Shown here piece by piece: positions 1 to 10,413 of a stretch of 64,000 nucleotides of DNA. Position numbers and translations under genes: made by a program. Origin of the DNA: Chloroflexota bacterium (GTDB taxonomy: Bacteria > Chloroflexota > UBA11872 > VXOZ01); assembly GCA_964291655.2 (NCBI GenBank), contig OZ219802.1, positions 1,664,001 through 1,728,000 on the forward strand, written 5' to 3'. The notes under the pieces are model-generated. The model worked only from the letters and a program-made list of their open reading frames with translations, did no database searches and was not told the DNA's origin. How positions within the stretch are numbered: the first letter of the stretch is position 1; each line of letters begins with the position of its first letter.

Positions 1-2377
1 GTGCGAACTGCTTCGTCTTATCCATGTACTCCCGCACACTTTTATAGGTATCGAAGTAATTCTCGATGAAATCCGCCGCTGCTTTGAAGTCAAGGTCGGT
101 GCGTTGTTCCAGCCCGTGAGCGGTCACGCCGTAGATGATGCCGAAGTTCACGGTCTTTGCCGTGCGCCGCATGGCAGCGGTAACGTCGTCCATCGCCACG
201 TCGAAGAGCTGGCTGGCAGTGAAGGAGTGAATGTCCTCCTCGTTGCGAAACGCCTTGCAAAGCTCCTTATCTTGGCTCAGGTGCGCCAGCACGCGCAGGT
301 CGATCTGCGAGTAGTCGGCAGCCAGCAACACGTGATTGGGGGCGCCCGCGACGAACGCCTTGCGAATTTTGCGTCCCTCGTCGGTGCGGATGGGGATGTT
401 CTGCAGGTTGGGGTCGTTGGATGAGAGCCGCCCGGTGGCCGCGCCGGTCTGTTCGAATGACGTGTGGATGCGGTGCGTCAGTGGGTTCACCTTCGTCGGC
501 AGCGCGTCGAGATACGTGGACTTGAGCTTCGTAAGCTGGCGGTATTCGAGTACATGCCCAATTACGGGATGTGCCTCCCGAAGCGCTTCCAGGATCGAGG
601 AATCGGTGGAAAACCCGGTCTTCGTCTTCTTGGTTAACTCGATGCCAAGCTCGTTGACGAGGATATCGCCGAGTATCTTGGGCGAGTTGATTTTGAATTC
701 ATGCCCGACATCCTCATATATCTCGCCCGTGATCTTCTCAATGCGCCCTGCCATGTCTTCTGTAAGCCGCTGGAGCAGGTCCACGTCCACGGCGATGCCT
801 GCAAACTCCATGTGCGCAATCACGGTCGCCAACGGCAACTCAAGTTCATCATGCAGCTTGCGCACGCTCCGTTCATCGAGGACTTTGCTCAGGGCAGCGC
901 GGAGAGCCAAAAGCACCTCTGTTTCATGCGCGGCTGTTTGCGCCAAGACAGCGGGATCGGCGCCGGCCAGCGCTTTCTTGCGGTCGCGCAAGTCGTCCAC
1001 GCTCTCCATTGTCGCTCCGAGTACGTCAAAGACCACGTGCTTAAGCGCGGTGGAGCGCGTGCCGGTGACATTGGCAAGATAGCCGGCCAGGTGGCAATCG
1101 AAGACGACACCGGACAGGAAGATGCCCTGAGCAAGCAAAGCCAAGCTCAAAGTCTTGGCATCGAATACGACCTTAGGCACATTCGTGTCTTCGAGCACGG
1201 GCCTGACGGCCTGAAGCGCAGAAGCATCGGCCACGTCAACGTAAGCGGCTTCACTGTCGCCCCACGCTAGTGCGAGACCAAGCAGCCGGGGCCAGGCGGG
1301 TGGATCGGGGTCTAGGACTGGCGTCACGGCAACTTCACCGACGTCACACAGCGCGGCGCAAAGTTGCGCTATGGCGCCGGACTCGCTCAGAACCTGAGCC
1401 TGTGTGTCAGTCTTAGTCTCGCCAAAGAGCGCGCCCTGCTCCGGCGCCCCGGCCGGTTTGGGCAGGCGATCGAGCAACGAACGAAAACTCAACTCTTGGA
1501 ACAAGGCGAGCACTTGCTCCCGATCGTAATCCCCCAATTCGCTAGCCCCGGGATCGAGCGCAATGTCAACGTCACGCACAATCGTCACCAACCCGCGGCT
1601 CTGCGCAAGCTGCTCTTTGTCCGCCGCCAGCGCCTTCTGTTGGCGCGTGGGCAGCTCATGGACATTGCTAAGAATACCCTCGATATCACCGTACTTCTGC
1701 AGGAGTGTCCCGGCGGTCTTCTTGCCGATACCGCGCACGCCCGGCACGTTATCGGAAGTATCGCCCACCAGGGCCTTATAGTCGATGACTTGTGCGGGGG
1801 TAAGTCCTTCAAAGCGCGCCGCAACCTCTGCGGGGCCGACCTCTGCCAGCTCGCCGGTGCGGGGCCGGGGCACGAGCAAGTGCACCACGTCGTCTACAAG
1901 CTGGTAGGCGTCGGTGTCGCCGGTCACGATAAAGGTGGGAATCTCCTGCTCCGCCGCCTGGCGCGAAAGGGTGCCGAGCACGTCATCAGCCTCGTAGCCC
2001 TCCACCGCAAAAATGGGAATGCTGAATGTATCAACCACCTGCCGCACCCTGTCCATCTGCTGATAGAGCAGCGGATCGCCTTCGGGTCGCGTCGCTTTGT
2101 AATCAGCGAACTGCTCGTGGCGAAAAGTGGGACCCGGCAGATCAAAGGCCACGACGACGTACTTTGGCTTGATCATATCGATTACGTAGAGCAGTGTGTT
2201 CGTGAAGCCAAAGACCGCGTTGGTCGGCTCGCCGGAAGCGCTGGTGAATTCCTTCGGCACCGCAAAGAACGCCCGATGGACGATGGAGTGTCCGTCTATG
2301 AGGACAAGCGAATCGGCCGGCATCTTGGCTTTTGTGGGACTCATCGGGGGAAATCCTATTGCTCGTTTTGCTGCCAT
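1..2377 (-). CDS. polA: DNA polymerase I (5' part; runs off window start)
   Basis: Manual minus-strand translation from ATG 2377 (alternative starts 2344/2323) gives LVLIDGHSIVHRAFFAVPKEFTSASGEPTNAVFGF (5'-3' exonuclease). Further on: GRLSSNDPNLQNIPIR, ADYSQIDLRVLAH and KTVNFGIIYG (family A polymerase motifs). Absent from the ORF track because there is no stop in the window. Confidence 0.97.
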   Translation of the reverse strand, partial: MAAKRAIGFPPMSPTKAKMPADSLVLIDGHSIVHRAFFAVPKEFTSASGEPTNAVFGFTNTLLYVIDMIKPKYVVVAFDLPGPTFRHEQFADYKATRPEGDPLLYQQMDRVRQVVDTFSIPIFAVEGYEADDVLGTLSRQAAEQEIPTFIVTGDTDAYQLVDDVVHLLVPRPRTGELAEVGPAEVAARFEGLTPAQVIDYKALVGDTSDNVPGVRGIGKKTAGTLLQKYGDIEGILSNVHELPTRQQKALAADKEQLAQSRGLVTIVRDVDIALDPGASELGDYDREQVLALFQELSFRSLLDRLPKPAGAPEQGALFGETKTDTQAQVLSESGAIAQLCAALCDVGEVAVTPVLDPDPPAWPRLLGLALAWGDSEAAYVDVADASALQAVRPVLEDTNVPKVVFDAKTLSLALLAQGIFLSGVVFDCHLAGYLANVTGTRSTALKHVVFDVLGATMESVDDLRDRKKALAGADPAVLAQTAAHETEVLLALRAALSKVLDERSVRKLHDELELPLATVIAHMEFAGIAVDVDLLQRLTEDMAGRIEKITGEIYEDVGHEFKINSPKILGDILVNELGIELTKKTKTGFSTDSSILEALREAHPVIGHVLEYRQLTKLKSTYLDALPTKVNPLTHRIHTSFEQTGAATGRLSSNDPNLQNIPIRTDEGRKIRKAFVAGAPNHVLLAADYSQIDLRVLAHLSQDKELCKAFRNEEDIHSFTASQLFDVAMDDVTAAMRRTAKTVNFGIIYGVTAHGLEQRTDLDFKAAADFIENYFDTYKSVREYMDKTKQFA

Positions 2378-2640
2378 GCGCGCCTACTTCTCGTTTTCTA
2401 GCATACGCCGCCACGATGCCCTGGGCAACACTACACCGTGAATTCGAAGCGCCTGCTAACGGCAGCGGGGGCGTAAGGGGACGAAGTTTTCTGGTAGGGT
2501 TTCAAGGAGATGCATTCAGTAATTGGTGGAGAGTATCCGGCTAAGTTGCAGCGCACCGCCTCCCTCTGTTGGCGAGGACTGCCGTGTCAACACTGGTCCC
2601 GTACCTAGCGGCTAGGGCGGAATGAACGTCAGGAGATGTC

Positions 2641-3696
2641 GTGCAAATTAGATATTTCTTCGTTCGCAATAGCGACGCCCCGGAACTCATAGAGCTCTTT
2701 CTCGTCGCGGGCATCGCGTCGGTGTTGGCAATCCGAGGGGCCCTTGCCGCCACCGGCTATCCGCAGTTGGGCGGCGATGGACTGCACATTGCGCACATGC
2801 TCTGGGGCGGCCTCTTCATGACCGTGGCCTTGCTCCTGCTATTTGCCGCGTTGGGCCGGGTGGCCCAGCGGCTGGCCGCCATTCTGGGAGGCATTGGGTT
2901 TGGCACGTTCATTGATGAATTGGGCAAATTCATCACCAGCGACAACGACTATTTCTACGAGCCCACCATCGGCCTGATCTACATTATCTTCATCGCGATC
3001 TTTCTGGTGCTCGAAGCCTTTCGACGGCAGGAGCCGGGACCGACGGAGGCGCTGGCGAATGCCTTCAATCAACTGGAGTTGGCCGCCGGCAGACCGCTCG
3101 ACGCCGATACCAAGCGCACAACCCTTGATTTGCTGGCGAAGTCCGATACGTCCGACCCAATTGTCCAAGGGCTAACCAGGTTTGTGCGGACTATCGAACC
3201 GCAGCCCGTACCGGACATGAGCTTCTACTTTCGCGCGCGGGACTACGCCGTGCGTCTCTACAGCCGGGTGGTGCTCTCGCGGTGGTTCAGGCCGGTGCTC
3301 ATTGGATTCTTCCTGTTGTTTGCCGTTTTTCAGATTGCCATAGTGCTGCTCATTGTTGCGGCCGGGCTTCTTGCCGGCGGGTTCGACGAGATGCAGCTAG
3401 GCTTCACAGGCTCTGCCACCCTCTGCTCTGTGGCGGTTACCGGTTTGCTGACGCTCATTGGCATCCTTCAGTTAAGACGTTCGCGACTTGCCGCCTACCA
3501 CTGGTTTGTGCGCAGCGTGCTGGTGAGCATCTTCGTGACACAGGTGTTTACGTTCTTGGAATCGGAACTCTCGGCGCTTTGGGGCTTTGCGCTCGACATC
3601 CTGATATACACCGCGCTCAAGATCATGATCGAGCAGGAGCAACGCATTGAATCGGGTGCAACGGCTCCGACTGCGCCGGCCGGGGATGAATCCTGA
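2641..3696 (+). CDS. Conserved hypothetical integral membrane protein
   Basis: 351-aa ORF with about 8 hydrophobic segments and motifs LHIAHMLWGG and GFGTFIDELGKFITSDNDYF. Confidence 0.85.
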   Translation: MQIRYFFVRNSDAPELIELFLVAGIASVLAIRGALAATGYPQLGGDGLHIAHMLWGGLFMTVALLLLFAALGRVAQRLAAILGGIGFGTFIDELGKFITSDNDYFYEPTIGLIYIIFIAIFLVLEAFRRQEPGPTEALANAFNQLELAAGRPLDADTKRTTLDLLAKSDTSDPIVQGLTRFVRTIEPQPVPDMSFYFRARDYAVRLYSRVVLSRWFRPVLIGFFLLFAVFQIAIVLLIVAAGLLAGGFDEMQLGFTGSATLCSVAVTGLLTLIGILQLRRSRLAAYHWFVRSVLVSIFVTQVFTFLESELSALWGFALDILIYTALKIMIEQEQRIESGATAPTAPAGDES

Positions 3697-3935
3697 GAAG
3701 CGCTCCTCGCCGCAAAGAAGAGCGGCAACGCCGCGGTGTTCCGGCCCGATGGGGAAAGGCAGGCACTACGGCAGTCTGCCATGCATGCTTTCCCTCACCG
3801 GTAGTTTGGCCGGGTTTTGCGGGGATAGCCGCCAAGAGATGGATAACACGGCGGGACGGCCCACCTGCATGGCATAATCTACATACATACGTGCACCTTT
3901 GACGCTAGGGGCGCTGTCTCAAATCAGAAAGCAAT

Positions 3936-4598
3936 GTGATGTTACCGGTACCCAGAACCAAGGCGCAGGCACGGGCAAGCTACGACAGGATGAGCGGCTC
4001 GTACGACCTCTTTGCCGGCGCCTTTGAAAAACGACTGCGCGATCGAGCGTTGGAGCGGCTGGGTATTGCAATGGGCGAGACTGTCTTGGAGATCGGCTTC
4101 GGCACGGGACACAGTCTGGTGCAGATCGCCCAAGCCGTGGGCCCCAATGGCCGCGTGCACGGCGTGGATCTCTCCGCCGGCATGCGTGAGGTCAGCCAAC
4201 GGCGGCTGGACCGGGCGGGAATGTCGGAGAGAGTGGCATTGCACTGCGGCGACGCGGCACATCTGCCGTATGCAGATGAGACTCTCGATGCCGTCTTCAT
4301 GAGTTTCACGCTGGAACTGTTCAATACGCCCGAAATCCCAATCGTGCTCGGCGAAATCAGGCGAGTCCTGAAGCCAAACGGCAGGCTGGGTGTGGTCAGC
4401 TTATCGCGAGAGGACGGCACTTCGCTGATGGTGCGGGTGTATGAATGGCTGCACCAACGCCTGCCGCAGCTTATAGACTGCCGGCCCATCTACGTGGAGC
4501 AGGCGCTCAATGAGGCCGGTTTCCAGCAAACTCACAGCGAAAGAGAGAAACTCTGGGGTCTGCCGACAAAGATTGCGGTGGGGGTGAAGGGCCTCTAA
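3936..4598 (+). CDS. Class I SAM-dependent methyltransferase (UbiE/MenG-like)
   Basis: VLEIGFGTG motif I, GVDLS, GDAAHLPY and RRVLKPNGRL. Confidence 0.92.
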   Translation: MMLPVPRTKAQARASYDRMSGSYDLFAGAFEKRLRDRALERLGIAMGETVLEIGFGTGHSLVQIAQAVGPNGRVHGVDLSAGMREVSQRRLDRAGMSERVALHCGDAAHLPYADETLDAVFMSFTLELFNTPEIPIVLGEIRRVLKPNGRLGVVSLSREDGTSLMVRVYEWLHQRLPQLIDCRPIYVEQALNEAGFQQTHSEREKLWGLPTKIAVGVKGL

Positions 4599-4802
4599 GT
4601 GAGAGCCTGCAAAACTCCTGAGAATCGAAAACGGTATCTTTCGTGCAAACCCTGTGCAATTCGGTGGCTTGCCCCCCGCTCTGGGAAATCTACCTAAACG
4701 ATGGGCGAATGGGTTCCCCGCGGGCGCGGGATGAACTTCATTTAGCGCCGCGCTCGACGCAGTCGTTGGGGCGAGGATCGTAACACTCCAACTCTCTCAT
4801 CG

Positions 4803-5034
4803 GAGACCTTTGCGTAACTAGCCCCTGAGGAAAGTGTGTTACACCCTCTCCCTGGGAGGCTGTCTCATATGTCGACACGATAGCCGACATCGTGCGTCGA
4901 TCCTTCGGCAAGCCTGTGCTGAGCCTGTCGATGGTTCGAAGGGCAAGAATCCCCGGAACGATGCATTCTTGAGACGACCTCCTGGGGAGAGGGAGTAATT
5001 CTCGCACCGCCGTCCGGAAATGCGCCAAGGTCTC
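4803..5034. mobile_element. MITE with GAGACCTTTGC-type ends enclosing a REP and a second MITE
   Basis: Left end gagacctttgcgtaa at 4803 and right end gcgccaaggtctc ending at 5034. The same ends recur at 34268, 42717, 46166 and 57778. Confidence 0.6.
4856..4981. mobile_element. 126-bp MITE with IS1182-type ends
   Basis: Ends gaggctgtctca / tgagacgacctc match the IRs of the IS1182 at 44362-46005. A 4-bp direct repeat ctgg lies at 4852-4855 and 4982-4985. Confidence 0.75.
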
Positions 5035-5080
5035 CCAAGAAGATGCCCCTGCAATGCATCTATCCGGATTCAAATAGAGG

Positions 5081-5494
5081 TTATTCCCAGGGATTTTCCT
5101 GCGCCGCGAGCTCAGCACGAATGAATAGGTACGCTTGCAAGCAGGCCAGTTCAGGCGTTTCCGCTACCACGTCGGCGATGCGGCGGCTCACTTCGTCAAA
5201 GCAGATGCAGGCAAAGTCGCCCTGATAGCAATCTAACACGGTGTGAGGCGAGACCGCGTTCAGCATTGCAAGCAGCTGATCGAGGCGGGGCAGCCAGCAA
5301 ACGGTGCGGTCGGTTGCGAGTTCACCCTCGCGTTTCGCGGCGCTTTCATCAAGCAGGCTTACCGCGTCATCCTGCATCACCAAATCGCCGACGGTCGGCG
5401 TCCACTGTGCAGCCAATTCTCTGCGCGCCGCCCGGCACCGCTGGACGTAGCCTGGTGGAAAAGGATGGGTTCTATCCGGCTCGGCTTCGGACAT
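5081..5494 (-). CDS. Hypothetical protein
   Basis: ORF with globular composition; probable start at MSEAEP (track start 5572); contains WLPRLDQL and AETPELACL. Confidence 0.7.
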   Translation of the reverse strand: MSEAEPDRTHPFPPGYVQRCRAARRELAAQWTPTVGDLVMQDDAVSLLDESAAKREGELATDRTVCWLPRLDQLLAMLNAVSPHTVLDCYQGDFACICFDEVSRRIADVVAETPELACLQAYLFIRAELAAQENPWE

Positions 5495-5728
5495 CGAGGG
5501 TCTGAACCTATCTACGCATTGTGGGACTGGCACAACCGGCCGCTGCCGCGGCAGCGCTACCCAGTGTATCATGGAAAATGAGGAGCGATGGTTGGGGGTC
5601 GCGCGTCCGTTGCTCAGCGTGCGGTATTGGACTGGAAGCAGGCGGACACACGCGCGCGCTTTATCTCCCTGGGTACCGGCTTGCTAATGATCACTTGCCG
5701 AATTGAATTCAATCCTCGGTAGCTACAC

Positions 5729-5752
5729 GTAGCGTGGGGGCTTGTCCCCCGC
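5729..5752. repeat. GTAG-type REP, family 2 (gtagcgyggggcttgtcccccgc-like)
   Basis: Related copies at 26247-26270 (inverted) and 31030-31051. Confidence 0.75.
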
Positions 5753-5816
5753 TTCTTAGCGTGCGAAAACTACGCAATCTTGGGCACGACCCTTGGGCTG
5801 CAGGAAAGGTAGCTGC

Positions 5817-7154
5817 ATGAACAAGAGCGCAGATGCGCACTTCTCGAATTTAGGGCTGGCAGCTTTGAAGCTGGGGCTACTCTCGCTGCTGGTCGTCCTT
5901 GGCGCCACTCTCATCAGCTCGTGTGGCGGCGACGAGCCGGAGCCACCAGCCACTACGTCGGCCATCGCCACGGCCTTACCGACACAGATTCCTGCAACTG
6001 CAGTGCCGCAGCCAACCGCAGCAGTCGTCCCAACGGCGGTTCCCGTTCCCTCCGTTCAAACGCCAATGCCGCCGGCAGAAGGCGCATTTGGCCTGGAGAC
6101 CGTAGGTACGGGATTCAAGCGTCCGCTCTACCTCACATATGCACCCGGCGACGCCGGCGGACGGCTCTTCATCGTAGAGCAGAACGGCACGATCGCAATT
6201 CTCAAAGACGGTCGACGGCAGGAGCCACTGTTTCTCGATATAGACTCGCGCGTCGGCTCTAGCGCCAACGAGCAAGGCCTCTTGAGCATGGCATTCGATC
6301 CGGAATATGCGGCGAACGGCGTTTTCTACGTCTACTACACGGACAACCGGGGAGATACGGTGGTCGCCCGCTATCGCGTTTCTGCCGACAATCCCGACGC
6401 GGCCGATCCCGATAGCGAAGAAGTGCTCCTGCGCGTGGGGCAACCCTACGGCAATCACAACGGCGGCTTGATCAAGTTCGGCCCCGACGGCTATCTCTAC
6501 GTCGCCCTGGGTGACGGCGGCTCCGGCGGCGACCCGTTAGACAGCGGACAAGACCTGGGGACACTGCTTGGCACGCTGCTCCGTATCGACGTGCGCACAG
6601 GCGGCGGCTACGCCGTGCCGGCGGACAATCCATTCGTCGGACGTGAGGGGGTGCGAGCGGAGATCTGGGCATGGGGTCTGCGCAACGTCTGGCGATTCTC
6701 GTTCGACCGCGTTACCGGCGATCTCTTTATGGCCGACGTGGGGCAGAACAAGCTGGAAGAGGTGAGTTTCCAGCCGGCTGCCAGTCCGGGCGGCGAGAAC
6801 TATGGCTGGAATAGGTATGAGGGCAGCCAGCCCTACGGCAACCGCAGTTCGGAGGGCATGCTCCGTAGAGAGATGGTCTTTCCGATCGCGGAATACGGCC
6901 GCAGCGAGGGCTGTTCCGTTACCGGCGGTTACGTATATCGCGGCCAGCAGCTCCCGGCGCTCGCGGGCAACTACATCTTCGGCGACTACTGTTCCGGCAT
7001 CGTCTGGACCCTGACACCCCAGGCCGACGGCGCCTGGCTGCGCACCGTGCTCTTCGTCGCGCCATCGGAAATCACCTCTTTCGGTGAGGACGCCGACGGT
7101 GAAGTGTACGTGGTCATTCGCACCGGCACGATCTACCGCATCACGAGCACGTAA
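5817..7154 (+). CDS. PQQ-dependent sugar dehydrogenase family (glucose/sorbosone dehydrogenase) lipoprotein
   Basis: NHNGG..FGPDGYLY..LGDGG, GLRNVWRFSFD and DVGQNKLEEV; lipobox-like ISSC followed by a Pro/Thr linker. Confidence 0.93.
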   Translation: MNKSADAHFSNLGLAALKLGLLSLLVVLGATLISSCGGDEPEPPATTSAIATALPTQIPATAVPQPTAAVVPTAVPVPSVQTPMPPAEGAFGLETVGTGFKRPLYLTYAPGDAGGRLFIVEQNGTIAILKDGRRQEPLFLDIDSRVGSSANEQGLLSMAFDPEYAANGVFYVYYTDNRGDTVVARYRVSADNPDAADPDSEEVLLRVGQPYGNHNGGLIKFGPDGYLYVALGDGGSGGDPLDSGQDLGTLLGTLLRIDVRTGGGYAVPADNPFVGREGVRAEIWAWGLRNVWRFSFDRVTGDLFMADVGQNKLEEVSFQPAASPGGENYGWNRYEGSQPYGNRSSEGMLRREMVFPIAEYGRSEGCSVTGGYVYRGQQLPALAGNYIFGDYCSGIVWTLTPQADGAWLRTVLFVAPSEITSFGEDADGEVYVVIRTGTIYRITST

Positions 7155-7205
7155 CGCATTGCACAACACCATTGTGGTGTTCGAGCGAATTCCTGCGAAC
7201 GAGCT

Positions 7206-7233
7206 GTAGGGGCACGATATGTCGTGCCCCTAC
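7206..7233. repeat. GTAG-type REP, family 1
   Basis: gtaggggcacgatatgtcgtgcccctac palindrome, one mismatch from the RAYT-flanking copies. Confidence 0.9.
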
Positions 7234-7343
7234 ATTAATTCTCTGATTGTGCGCCGCTTGTCTCTGGCTGTCCGGGATGAGTACAATGCAGCCAGAAACG
7301 CATTCGATTTCTCCTTGTGCCACGCTTTTGGGGGTCCTGTGCT

Positions 7344-10301
7344 ATGGATAGAGAGACATTTAAGCATCCCGGTGTCGAGTATCGCGCTGTGCCGTTTTGG
7401 TCGTGGAACGACTGGCTGGAAGACGACGAGTTGGTGCGGCAGATCGACGAGATGGAGAAGGCCGGGTGGGGCGGCTTCTTCATGCATTCGCGGCTGGGCC
7501 TCGAGACGCCCTACATGACGCCGGAGTGGATGGACCGCATTCGCACGTGCGTGGAGGAAGCCCGCAAGCGCGGCATGCACGCCTGGCTCTACGATGAAGA
7601 TAAGTGGCCAAGCGGTTTCGCCGGCGGCATGACCGCCCTTAAAGACCCCGACTACCGCATGCGAGTGCTCGCCCTCCGGGTCTTCAATCGCTACGACACG
7701 TATCCCGAGAACGTGGCGGTGTTTGCGGGCAACCTCAGCAACGGCGCGCTCACCGACGTGCGGCAGGTGGATTCCCAACAAGACGACGCCCATCTCACCT
7801 ACCTGCAGTTTCACGAATGGATCGCACCGCTGGGGAGCCCATGGTTCAATGGCGCCGCGTACAGCGACCAGCTCAGCGTTGACGCCGTGGGTGAGTTCAT
7901 CGATAACACCTATGTCGCCTATCGCGACGTCCTTGGCGACGATTTCGGTTCAGTGGTTCCCGGCATCTTTACCGATGAGCCGAATTACTGCTCCTTCCAT
8001 CAGGAGCACCCGGAGATTTCCGTGCCCTGGACGAAGGGGTTTGCCGAGATATTCGAGGGGAAGTTTGGCTATGACCTGATTCCGCATCTGCCGTCGCTCT
8101 TCTACGAAGTCGGTGACTATCGCAAAGTGCGCTACCACTACTGGCGCGCCATCACGGAGCAATTCGTCGAGGCGTTCTCGAAGCAGATTTACGACTGGTG
8201 CGACGCCCACAACCTCAAGCTCACCGGGCACTATCTCTACGAAGATTCGCTACAGCAGCAAGTTCCGGTCTCGGGCGCGGTGATGCCCCACTATGAATAT
8301 ATGCACTACCCCGGCATCGACCACCTGCGCCGCAACATTGCGGACCTCGTGACGCCGAAGCAATTGGATAGCGTGGTCTGCCAGCTTGGCAAAGAGCGCG
8401 CGCTCTCCGAGACCTACGGTTGCTCCGGCCAGAACCTCTCGTTTGAAGGGCGCAAGTGGATCGGCGACTGGCAGTGCGTACTGGGCGTAAACTTCCTCAA
8501 CCCGCACCTGTCCTCGTATACGTTGCGCGGCGCGCGCAAGCGTGACTATCCGCCGGACATCTTCTACCAGCAACCGTGGTGGCCTCACAATGCCTTGATC
8601 GACGACTACTACGCCCGGTTGTCCTATGCGCTCAGTCAAGGCGAGCGTGTGGTAGACCTCCTCGTCGTGCACCCCATTGGCAGTGCGTGGTCCGTCTATC
8701 GCCCGCAAAATCCCCAATCAGCGCGAGCAATTAATGATCCCTGGGTCGCGCTTTCCACGCGGCTCCTGGAGGAACACTTCGACTACCACTTTGGCGATGA
8801 GTCGATCATGGCGCGGCACGCCCGCGTGGAAGACGACTGCCTCGTCGTCGGTCAAATGCGCTACCGCGTCGTCATCGTGCCGCCGAGCATCACGCTGGCA
8901 GGTTCTACTGTGGCGTTGCTGCAGGCCTTCAGGGCCGCCGGTGGCGTTGTGTTCTTCTGCGATGAGAAGCCGACGCTCATTGAAGGCGAACGCGACGAGT
9001 CCGTGGATGCGCTGATTGCCGCGTGCGACACATTACCGCTCGGCGACGCACCCCTGGCCGCGACGCTGGAGCCGCACCTGGCACGACCGGTACGGGTGAC
9101 CAATGGGGACGGCAGCGCGGTGCCGCACGTCTGGTACAACCTGCGGCGCAACGGCGGGGACCAGACTCTCTTCTTGGCAAACACGAGCCAAGATGAAGGC
9201 GGCGACTACACCGTGCACCTGCCGAACGGTGGCAATTGGCAGCTCTGGGACGCCGCGACCGGCGAGATTGAACCGCTGCCGGCACGGAATGGGGCTTCAA
9301 ACGGCGCCGTTACGCTGCCGTTCGCTCCGGTGGGTTCGTACCTGCTCGTCAACGTTGCGCACGGCCCCGCCGCCGAAGCGCCGCCCGCGCCGGACTATAC
9401 CCAATCGGTCGCTGTGGGCGATACCTGGGACGTGGAATTGCTGGACCCCAATGCGCTCACGCTTGACTACTGCGCGTTTCGCGTTGCCGGCGGCGACTGG
9501 CAGGAGCCGGTACCCCACCTGAAAGCCCTGGAGCAATTGCGGAAAGCCGGCACCCTGGAACACGTACGCATAACCGGGAGCGGCGTGCCGTTCTCAGTGC
9601 AGTACACCTTTGAATTCGGTCTTGCGGCGGGGCATGAACTCACGCTGGTTGTGGAACGTCCGGATGAATTTCGCATCGCGGTGAACGGCACGGCGGTCGC
9701 GCATGATGCCAGTGACGGCTATTGGCTCGATACCACCTTCCGGCGCATCCCCATCGGCGCGCTCGCCCAACCGGGCACGAACACGATCACGTTGGAGGGC
9801 GTCACGAGTCTCGACATGGAGATTGAAGCCTGCTACGTGATTGGCGACTTTGGGGTTGAGCAGAGAGGCAATGCGTTCAGGCTCGTCGCGGCGCCGACGC
9901 AGGCCAAGTCGGGCGACCTTACGCCTCAGGGACTGCCCTTCTATGCCGGCCGCGTGCGACTCAGCCAGCAGGTGGAGGTCTCCGATAAAGGAGATGCCGC
10001 GGCACTGGCGCTCGACGGGCTGGACGCTACGGTGACGATCGTGCGCGTAAACGGCCAAGAGGCCGGCACAATCGTCTGGCGGCCCCACGAACTGGACATT
10101 TCATCTCATTTGGCCGCGGGCGAAAACACCCTGGAACTGGAGCTGATAGGCACGCTCCACAACTTGCTCGGCCCGCACCACCACCGCGACGGCGAAATCC
10201 TGGCAGTCTCGCCAGCCACGTTCTCCGATTGGTTCAACTGGACGGACGACTATACTTTTGTGCGCTTTGGTTTGGAAGGCGCGCGGATTTTGCAAGGATG
10301 A
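7344..10301 (+). CDS. Large glycoside hydrolase (GH106-like / GH2 sugar-binding-domain family)
   Basis: PFWSWN, GGFFMHSR.GL, WLYDED.WPSG.AGG, GIFTDEP, PGIDHL and LSETYG motifs; C-terminal beta-sandwich. Confidence 0.85.
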   Translation: MDRETFKHPGVEYRAVPFWSWNDWLEDDELVRQIDEMEKAGWGGFFMHSRLGLETPYMTPEWMDRIRTCVEEARKRGMHAWLYDEDKWPSGFAGGMTALKDPDYRMRVLALRVFNRYDTYPENVAVFAGNLSNGALTDVRQVDSQQDDAHLTYLQFHEWIAPLGSPWFNGAAYSDQLSVDAVGEFIDNTYVAYRDVLGDDFGSVVPGIFTDEPNYCSFHQEHPEISVPWTKGFAEIFEGKFGYDLIPHLPSLFYEVGDYRKVRYHYWRAITEQFVEAFSKQIYDWCDAHNLKLTGHYLYEDSLQQQVPVSGAVMPHYEYMHYPGIDHLRRNIADLVTPKQLDSVVCQLGKERALSETYGCSGQNLSFEGRKWIGDWQCVLGVNFLNPHLSSYTLRGARKRDYPPDIFYQQPWWPHNALIDDYYARLSYALSQGERVVDLLVVHPIGSAWSVYRPQNPQSARAINDPWVALSTRLLEEHFDYHFGDESIMARHARVEDDCLVVGQMRYRVVIVPPSITLAGSTVALLQAFRAAGGVVFFCDEKPTLIEGERDESVDALIAACDTLPLGDAPLAATLEPHLARPVRVTNGDGSAVPHVWYNLRRNGGDQTLFLANTSQDEGGDYTVHLPNGGNWQLWDAATGEIEPLPARNGASNGAVTLPFAPVGSYLLVNVAHGPAAEAPPAPDYTQSVAVGDTWDVELLDPNALTLDYCAFRVAGGDWQEPVPHLKALEQLRKAGTLEHVRITGSGVPFSVQYTFEFGLAAGHELTLVVERPDEFRIAVNGTAVAHDASDGYWLDTTFRRIPIGALAQPGTNTITLEGVTSLDMEIEACYVIGDFGVEQRGNAFRLVAAPTQAKSGDLTPQGLPFYAGRVRLSQQVEVSDKGDAAALALDGLDATVTIVRVNGQEAGTIVWRPHELDISSHLAAGENTLELELIGTLHNLLGPHHHRDGEILAVSPATFSDWFNWTDDYTFVRFGLEGARILQG

Positions 10302-10325
10302 ATTGAAACAGAATAGAGCATGAAC

Positions 10326-10367
10326 CGCAGTCGTAGGGGCACGATATATCGTGCCCCTACGACTGCG
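10326..10367. repeat. GTAG-type REP, family 1 (perfect 42-bp palindrome upstream of RAYT)
   Basis: cgcagtcgtaggggcacgata|tatcgtgcccctacgactgcg. Confidence 0.92.
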
Positions 10368-10413
10368 ACAGACTCAGGTTGAAATGATTGAAAGAGAAAC
10401 TTGCTTGGGGGGA

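Noticed and set aside
104-2401. Long plus-strand ORFs (336-1082, 701-1270, 1364-2401)
   Set aside because: Antisense shadows of polA, as expected in GC-rich DNA.
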